This document shows positions 58,195 through 64,000 of a stretch of 64,000 nt of DNA, piece by piece. The stretch lies in NCBI GenBank assembly GCA_947476625.1, contig CANJRA010000003.1, positions 821 to 64,820 on the forward strand. The letters are read 5' to 3'. Below the pieces are notes generated by a model. That model ran no database searches and was not told the DNA's origin. It saw only the letters and a program-made list of their open reading frames with translations. Positions within the stretch are counted from its first letter, which is position 1. Every line of letters begins with the position of its first letter. Both the position numbers and the translations under genes were made by a program. The DNA comes from Fidelibacterota bacterium. Lineage in GTDB: Bacteria > Pseudomonadota > Alphaproteobacteria > Rhodospirillales > Rhodospirillaceae.

Positions 58195-59655
58195 CTAGCC
58201 GGCCATCTTCACCGCGACGTAGCGAATGTTGCCATCGACCATGATCCGCAACAGTACCGTCGCTTTCGATGCCGCTTTGGCAGTCCCAATAACCGCGTCG
58301 GCATCTGCGGCGCTGCCAATCTGGGTTTGCTGCATCTCGTCGATGACATTGCCCGGACGGATGCCTTTAAGCGCGGCGTCGCTGAGTTCGTCAACCTCAA
58401 CCACCACCAGACCACGCACGCTGTCGGGAATAGTATATTTTTCGCGCGTGGCGGCGCTGATCTCGACCACGGTCACACCGAGGTCTTTCAACACGATTTT
58501 CTTGATCGGGTCGTTGGCCGATGGCGGCGGCGTTAAGCTTGCAACGGCCTTTTCATCGCCCTCGCGCAATTCGCCGACCTTGAGCTTCACGACTTTCTGC
58601 TGGCCTTTGCGCCACAACACAACATCGACCGTCTTATCGATGGCGGTCTCGGCCACAACACGCGGCAGCTCCGGCATCTTCTCGATGGCTTTGCCGTCGA
58701 AAGACAGGATGACGTCGCTCGACTCAATACCCGAATTCAGCGCCGGACCTTTTTCAGTCACGCGCGAAATCAGCGCCCCACGGGCCTTACCGAGACCCAG
58801 ACTCGTCGCGATCTCTTCCGTCACGCTTTGGATTTGCACACCGATCCAGCCGCGCCGTGTGCGGCCATATTTGCGCAAGTCCTCAAGGACCGGACGCACA
58901 AGATTGGCCGACGATGCGAAGCCGATGCCGACGCTGCCGCCGGACGGCGAGAAAATCGCCGTGTTCACGCCAATCACTTGGCCGTCCATGTTGAACAAAG
59001 GACCGCCCGAATTGCCGCGATTGATCGAAGCATCGGTTTGAATGAAGTCGTCGTACTGGCCGGCTTTGATATCGCGCGAGCGCGCCGAGATAATTCCCGC
59101 GGTCACCGTGCCCGACAACCCGAACGGATTACCGATCGCCAACACCCAGTCGCCGACACGCGATTGATTGGAATTGCCCCAGCTGACAATAGGCAGTTCT
59201 TTCTTGGACTCAACTTTCAGCAGCGCGATGTCAACCTTCGCATCGCGGCCGATCAGCTTGGCTTCGAGCACAGTGTCATCTTCCAGAATCACCGAAATCT
59301 GGTCGGCGTCTTCGATGACGTGGTTGTTGGTGACGATATAGCCCGTCTTGTCGATGATGAAACCTGACCCGAGCGATGTCTGGCGCCGCGGCGGCTGGCG
59401 ATTGCCGGGCGCGGGCGCGGTTTGACCTTCGCCGCCCTTGCGATTCTGAAACTGGTCGGGGAAATATTCGTCCCACGGAATTTCTTCTGTGCTTTTTTTC
59501 GGCCCGGTCATTTGGGTCGTCGAGATATTGACGACCGCCGGGCTCAGCTTTTCAGCGAGTTCCGCGAAACTATCCGGAGCATTACGCGCGACAGCCGGCA
59601 CAGCAGAAACCAGAATGACCGCCGTCGCAGCCAGAGAACGAAGGATCGTTTTCAA
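58195..59655 (-). CDS. degP: Do-family serine endopeptidase (DegP/HtrA) with two PDZ domains
   Basis: It has a signal peptide and the catalytic triad context TNNHVI...DIALLKV...GNSGGPLF, followed by two PDZ domains. Confidence 0.95.
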   Translation of the reverse strand: MKTILRSLAATAVILVSAVPAVARNAPDSFAELAEKLSPAVVNISTTQMTGPKKSTEEIPWDEYFPDQFQNRKGGEGQTAPAPGNRQPPRRQTSLGSGFIIDKTGYIVTNNHVIEDADQISVILEDDTVLEAKLIGRDAKVDIALLKVESKKELPIVSWGNSNQSRVGDWVLAIGNPFGLSGTVTAGIISARSRDIKAGQYDDFIQTDASINRGNSGGPLFNMDGQVIGVNTAIFSPSGGSVGIGFASSANLVRPVLEDLRKYGRTRRGWIGVQIQSVTEEIATSLGLGKARGALISRVTEKGPALNSGIESSDVILSFDGKAIEKMPELPRVVAETAIDKTVDVVLWRKGQQKVVKLKVGELREGDEKAVASLTPPPSANDPIKKIVLKDLGVTVVEISAATREKYTIPDSVRGLVVVEVDELSDAALKGIRPGNVIDEMQQTQIGSAADADAVIGTAKAASKATVLLRIMVDGNIRYVAVKMAG

Positions 59656-59776
59656 AGGGTAACTCCATTGCCAGGCGGTTCACTCCCACCGCCTAACAAT
59701 TCATGCCGGAAAGCCGCCATGGCGGCAAGAGAACAGCCGGGTACCCACGCGAAGTCTGCGGTAAAATTCGCGTCTC

Positions 59777-60640
59777 TTATTTTCCGCCCATCTTATTGAA
59801 GTACTTGAAGAATTCAGAGCTGGGGGAAAGCACCATCGTAGTGCCGTCGCCCAGCGCGGCCCGGTACGCCTCCATCGAGCGGAAGAAGGCGTAGAACTCA
59901 GCATCCTTCCCCTGCGCCGCGTTAAGAATACGACGGCTTTCGGCTTGGCCTTCACCGAGCAGGGTTTGCGACTCTTTCTCCGCTTCAGCGATGATGATCG
60001 TGCGCTCGCGATCAGCATCGGCTTCGATGCGCGACTTTTGCTCCTGGCCGCGACCACGGAAATCGGCGGCTTCGGCCATACGGTCGGAGCGCATACGATT
60101 ATATGTGGCGGCGGTAGTATCAGCCGTCAGTTCGGTGCGGCCAATACGCACCTCGATGACTTTGATACCGAACTCTTCGGCACGACGGCTGACCGCTATC
60201 GTGATTTCGTTCATGACTTCCTGACGTTTCGAGCCCAGCACGTCGGCCAGATCTGTACGGCCCAATGCATCGCGCACGCTGCCGTTCAGAATGCTGCTGA
60301 AACGGTCGCGGAACGCGGTTTCCGTCAACACCGTCTGATAGAATTTCAGCGGATCAACGATGCGATAGCGCGCGAAGGAGTCGACGTTAATACGGCGTTG
60401 ATCGATCAGCGACATATCCTGTCCCTGCGGATCGAGATCAAGAATACGCGAGTCGTAATAGTAGACATCCTCAAAGAACGGGATCTTGAAGTTCAAGCCC
60501 GGCTCGGTGATCACGCGCTTCGGATTGCCGAGGCGCAAGACCAGCGCCTGCTGGGTTTGCTGAACCGTGAACAGCGTGCCCGTCATCATCAGCAGAATGG
60601 CGACGACCGCAACGAGGCCGGTAACGACACGCGGGGTCAT
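59777..60640 (-). CDS. hflC: Protease modulator HflC
   Basis: It has an N-terminal TM segment and an SPFH/band-7 domain. It overlaps the hflK stop by 4 nt. Confidence 0.93.
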   Translation of the reverse strand: MTPRVVTGLVAVVAILLMMTGTLFTVQQTQQALVLRLGNPKRVITEPGLNFKIPFFEDVYYYDSRILDLDPQGQDMSLIDQRRINVDSFARYRIVDPLKFYQTVLTETAFRDRFSSILNGSVRDALGRTDLADVLGSKRQEVMNEITIAVSRRAEEFGIKVIEVRIGRTELTADTTAATYNRMRSDRMAEAADFRGRGQEQKSRIEADADRERTIIIAEAEKESQTLLGEGQAESRRILNAAQGKDAEFYAFFRSMEAYRAALGDGTTMVLSPSSEFFKYFNKMGGK

Positions 60641-61788
60641 TGGCCGCCTCCTTGCTGGGTCTGATTGCGTTTGCCGATCTCCGGCAACGGCAGATACGGC
60701 ACAACGCCCGAACCTTTGCCGTTCTCATCGATGATGATTTTCTCAGACTTCGTAAGGATTTCCTGCATGGTCTCGAGATACATACGACGCACGGTGATGT
60801 CCTTATTGGCGACGTAGGTCTGATAGAACGCGGTAAACCGCGCTGCCTGACCTTCGGCTTCTTTCACCAGCTTTTCTTTTTCAGCGGTCGCTGACTGGAT
60901 CATACGCGCGGCTTCACCTTTGGCGCGCGGAACGATGTCGTTGCGGTACGCCAAGGCTTCATTGCGCAGGCGTTCTTCGTCCTGCTTCGCACGCTGCACG
61001 TCGTTGAACGCGTCGATGACTTCCTTCGGCGGATCGGCCTTTTGGATACGCAAGTCGAGGATCGTCACACCGGCGTTGTAGCCGTCCATGATGGTCTGCA
61101 GCAGTTCGCGCGACTGCTGGGCGATGAGATCGCGCTGATTGGTCATCACGGCCTGCAGCGGATTGCGCCCAACCACTTCACGCAAGGCGCTTTCCGCCGC
61201 CGCTTTCACGGTCAGTTCAGGATCGCGCATGTTGAATAGGAAATTACCGGCCTCGCGAATACGCCACTGCACGACAAACTGGATGTCGGCGATATTCTGG
61301 TCGCCGGCGAGCATATGGCTCTCCTGCGGCACTTCGCGGATGTTGTTCCCCGACCCCCTGAAGCCGACGGTGACCTGATTGGTCTGCGTGACCTTGGGCT
61401 TAATCACCTGGCCAATCGGCGTCGGGAACCAATAGTTAAAACCGGGCTGCGTGGTTTTCACGTATTTGCCGAACAGCAGTTCAACACCCTGTTCATCCGG
61501 TTGAACACGGTAAGCGCCGCTGAAAACCCAAAACAGGAAGACGACAGCCGCCACCAGCCAAACCGCGCGGGCATTGCCGAAGCCGCCCGGCATCATGCGG
61601 CGCAGGCGATCCTGTCCGCGCCTTAGCATCTCTTCCAGGTCAGGCGGGGGACTGTTGCCGCGATCACGACCGCCCCAGGGGTTGCCGCCACCGCCACCCC
61701 CACCGCCACCGCCGCCGCCGCCGTTTCCGCCGCCGCCCCACGGGCCGCCGCTGCCCCAGGGGCCTCCGCCTTGTTGTTTGTAAAACAA
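60637..61788 (-). CDS. hflK: FtsH protease activity modulator HflK
   Basis: The N-terminus is Gly-rich (GGGPWGSGGPWGGGGNGGGGGGGGGGGGGNPWGG...PPPDLEEMLRR), followed by a TM segment and an SPFH domain. I set the start at the TTG at 61788, 8 nt after AAGGA. The ORF-track extension to 62046 would overlap the apbC start and has no HflK-like sequence. Confidence 0.88.
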   Translation of the reverse strand: MFYKQQGGGPWGSGGPWGGGGNGGGGGGGGGGGGGNPWGGRDRGNSPPPDLEEMLRRGQDRLRRMMPGGFGNARAVWLVAAVVFLFWVFSGAYRVQPDEQGVELLFGKYVKTTQPGFNYWFPTPIGQVIKPKVTQTNQVTVGFRGSGNNIREVPQESHMLAGDQNIADIQFVVQWRIREAGNFLFNMRDPELTVKAAAESALREVVGRNPLQAVMTNQRDLIAQQSRELLQTIMDGYNAGVTILDLRIQKADPPKEVIDAFNDVQRAKQDEERLRNEALAYRNDIVPRAKGEAARMIQSATAEKEKLVKEAEGQAARFTAFYQTYVANKDITVRRMYLETMQEILTKSEKIIIDENGKGSGVVPYLPLPEIGKRNQTQQGGGQ

Positions 61789-61936
61789 TGGATTAATCCT
61801 TCGTTTGCCTGGGCTTTTATAGGACAACCCAGTCGATGCCGCAACACAGCCCCCACGGACCCGTGGCACGCCACGCCGCAATAGCTTATGTCGGTGCCGC
61901 GGCGGTGTTTTCAAGTCATCAATCAGAAGGTCTCCC

Positions 61937-63043
61937 GTGGCCGAGATAACCCAGCAACAGATCGTCGCGACACTGAAAACCATCGATTCCGGCACCGCCA
62001 GTATCGATATCGTAGCGCGTGGCTGGGTCAAAGACATTCTGATCAAAGACGGTCACGTGACACTCACCCTGGCAGTGCCCGCTAAATTGGGGCCGCAACT
62101 AGAGCCCGTACGCGCCGCCGCCGAGCGCGCCGTGCACGCGCTGCCCGGCGTACTGTCGGTCACCGCCGTCCTGACCGCCGAAACCGCGCGCGAAAAAACC
62201 GCGCCCCCCGCACAAAAGAGCGGACGCGAGGTCATCGCACTCCCCAGCGTGAAATACATCGTCGCCGTGGCGTCGGGCAAAGGCGGCGTCGGCAAATCGA
62301 CGACAGCCACCAACCTCGCTGTCGCTCTCGCCCGGCAAGGGCGCAAGGTCGCGATGTTCGACGCGGATATCTTCGGACCTTCACAGCCCCGCATGTTCGG
62401 ACTTTCCGGCCGCAAACCCAGTTCCGACGGCAAGCGCGTCATCCCGCTCGAAAATCACGGCGTCAAAGTCATGTCCATCGGCTTCATGATTGCCGAGGAC
62501 GCCCCCATCGTCTGGCGCGGTCCCATGGTGATGGGTGCCCTGGAACAGATGCTGCGCGACGTCGAGTGGGGCGACATCGACGTGATGATCGTCGACATGC
62601 CTCCCGGCACCGGCGACACCCAGCTCACCATGTCCCAACGCGTCCCGCTCGCGGGCGCAGTGATCGTCTCCACGCCCCAGGACATCGCACTGCTCGACAC
62701 GCGCAAAGGCCTCAACATGTTCCGTAAAGTCGAAGTGCCGATCCTCGGCGTGATCGAGAACATGAGCTATTATGTCTGCCCAAAATGCGGCAACCGCGAT
62801 CATATCTTCGACCACGGCGGGGCACACCGCACCGCCGATGAATTGGGTGCCGACTTCCTGGGTGAAATCCCGCTCGACCTGAAAATCCGCCTGACCTCCG
62901 ACGGCGGCACGCCAATTGTGGCAGCCGAACCCGACAGTCCCCATGCCCAGGTTTACTTAGCGCTGGCACAAAAGATCTGGGACAAGCTCGGCGCGCAACA
63001 AAAGATGGCCCCGGTGATTTCCATGGGCGGAATCAAGAGCTAG
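61937..63043 (+). CDS. apbC: Mrp/NBP35 family iron-sulfur cluster carrier ATPase (ApbC)
   Basis: It has an N-terminal DUF59-like domain, Walker A VASGKGGVGKST and the CxxC motif YYVCPKCG. GTG start. Confidence 0.93.
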   Translation: MAEITQQQIVATLKTIDSGTASIDIVARGWVKDILIKDGHVTLTLAVPAKLGPQLEPVRAAAERAVHALPGVLSVTAVLTAETAREKTAPPAQKSGREVIALPSVKYIVAVASGKGGVGKSTTATNLAVALARQGRKVAMFDADIFGPSQPRMFGLSGRKPSSDGKRVIPLENHGVKVMSIGFMIAEDAPIVWRGPMVMGALEQMLRDVEWGDIDVMIVDMPPGTGDTQLTMSQRVPLAGAVIVSTPQDIALLDTRKGLNMFRKVEVPILGVIENMSYYVCPKCGNRDHIFDHGGAHRTADELGADFLGEIPLDLKIRLTSDGGTPIVAAEPDSPHAQVYLALAQKIWDKLGAQQKMAPVISMGGIKS

Positions 63044-63154
63044 CCTCTCGTTACGCGAAATTAATCGGCATTCTTCTCCTATCCATGTCGCCATTACCCG
63101 CTAAAGCCGCTATCTTTGGCGCGGGAAGAATTTGCTAACGGAGTTATTCTGGAA

Positions 63155-64000
63155 ATGCCTTTTTCCTTTCCGATGTCGCGCGCGTCCGGCGTTTTTGTCT
63201 TCGCCGTCTCTGCGCTTTGCAGCGCAAATAGTTTTGCCGCGCAAAACTCCGCCCAAAACACCCTCGATGCGGCCCCGCACCTGCCCGACCTCTCGTCCTA
63301 TAATTGCGCTAACGTCGCGCCATCGACGACCAGCGAGACTCGTCACATCGGACAGGTCGTCAACAGCCGCTACTATGAATGGAACGAGTTTTACGTTCTT
63401 GCCGGTGAAAAACAGAAGCTTGCGTGTATCGGCCTGATGCGGCCGGAGCCGAAGCAACTCACCGGCGACGAAGCCAAAGCGTTTCTCACCAGCGCCTTTG
63501 CCGTCGGATCGCCCGCCTCGGCCCCCGCACGCGCGCAATCCGGCCCTGAAACAACACTGGATGCGCCCGCTCCCGATCCCGACAATGTGAAGCCCGAACC
63601 ACTCAAGCGCGCGACCAAGCCGCCAACGCCCGGCACTGTTCCCAGCGGACAAGTTGAACAGAAGTCCAGCACGCAAGATTCACCGCCCGTACCCGCAGGA
63701 AAAAACTTCGACGCTGCGCCGACGCTTCCTTCCGCGCCCACGCCCTCTAAGGAGCGCAGCCAAAGCACGCCGTCATCTGCACTGGAAAAACCCGCGCCTG
63801 AAAAAACATTAACCGTGGGTGTTGACGACCGCAGCCAAATAGCCAGCACCGTCGTCTACCCGTGGAATACGTTGGCGTATCTCAACACCACTTATCCTAA
63901 TGGAGATAGCTACCGTTGCACCGCGACCATCGTCAGCCCCTACGTCGTGATGACCGCGGGCCATTGCGTGCACAATAAAGACCGCGGCGGCTACATTGCC
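63155..64000 (+). CDS. Secreted trypsin-like (V8/Glu-specific-endopeptidase-like) serine protease, 3'-partial (runs off the window)
   Basis: This gene is not in the ORF track. From ATG 63155 the frame is open for 282 codons to the window end. It starts with a signal peptide (MPFSFPMSRASGVFVFAVSALCSANSFAAQ), then a Pro/Ala/Ser-rich linker. The protease core then begins with DDRSQIASTVVYPWNTLAYL...CTATIVSPYVVMTAGHCV, which is the His active-site motif. Confidence 0.8.
   Translation, partial: MPFSFPMSRASGVFVFAVSALCSANSFAAQNSAQNTLDAAPHLPDLSSYNCANVAPSTTSETRHIGQVVNSRYYEWNEFYVLAGEKQKLACIGLMRPEPKQLTGDEAKAFLTSAFAVGSPASAPARAQSGPETTLDAPAPDPDNVKPEPLKRATKPPTPGTVPSGQVEQKSSTQDSPPVPAGKNFDAAPTLPSAPTPSKERSQSTPSSALEKPAPEKTLTVGVDDRSQIASTVVYPWNTLAYLNTTYPNGDSYRCTATIVSPYVVMTAGHCVHNKDRGGYIA

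Noticed and set aside
63110-63849. Minus-strand ORFs 63110..63676 and 63391..63849.
   Set aside because: Their translations are low-complexity Gly/Arg/Ala-rich sequence. The plus strand encodes a coherent signal peptide, linker and protease.

Overview
This 64-kb window of about 60% GC looks like ordinary chromosomal core genome of an alphaproteobacterium. The taxon is inferred from gene content and order: hflKC-degP, holC-ndk-purN, hdaA-DUF2066/purM, ppk-ppx, rnd/aspS, xseB-ispA-dxs-tlyA and an aa3-type cta cluster followed by DUF983. I support about 60 protein-coding genes, 3 tRNAs (Gly-UCC, Tyr-GUA, Thr-UGU), several intrinsic terminators and a few regulatory motifs: an alphaproteobacterial LexA box, a consensus DnaA box and a weak sigma-54-like element. 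I saw no transposase, integrase, phage, CRISPR, toxin-antitoxin or recognisable defence genes, so most of the window is housekeeping. Five things are worth a second look. (1) A minus-strand operon (small membrane ORF, DUF420, a 501-aa protein resembling heme-copper-oxidase subunit I, then heme O synthase) sits divergent from the canonical ctaCDGE operon. By eye, the subunit-I-like protein keeps the heme-ligating His motifs but lacks the CuB His-His pair. (2) A lower-GC islet next to tRNA-Gly carries DUF1330, an Lrp/AsnC regulator and an orphan, N-terminally short AceE-like E1 enzyme. (3) There are unusually many gene-disrupting lesions. These are a Tat-signal VOC gene with three in-frame stops, a 5'-truncated cfa remnant beside tRNA-Thr, and a degenerate GGDEF/EAL-like gene split by an in-frame TAG followed directly by ATG. 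There is also a +1 frameshift in yihY, a -1 frameshift in a GGDEF cyclase, and an apparent in-frame deletion in an HDAC-like gene. (4) Two EipB/DUF1849 paralogues lie in tandem next to a 467-bp AT-rich non-coding region. (5) A 3'-partial secreted trypsin-like protease gene at the window end is absent from the supplied ORF track. All homology calls come from reading the translations by eye; no searches were run.
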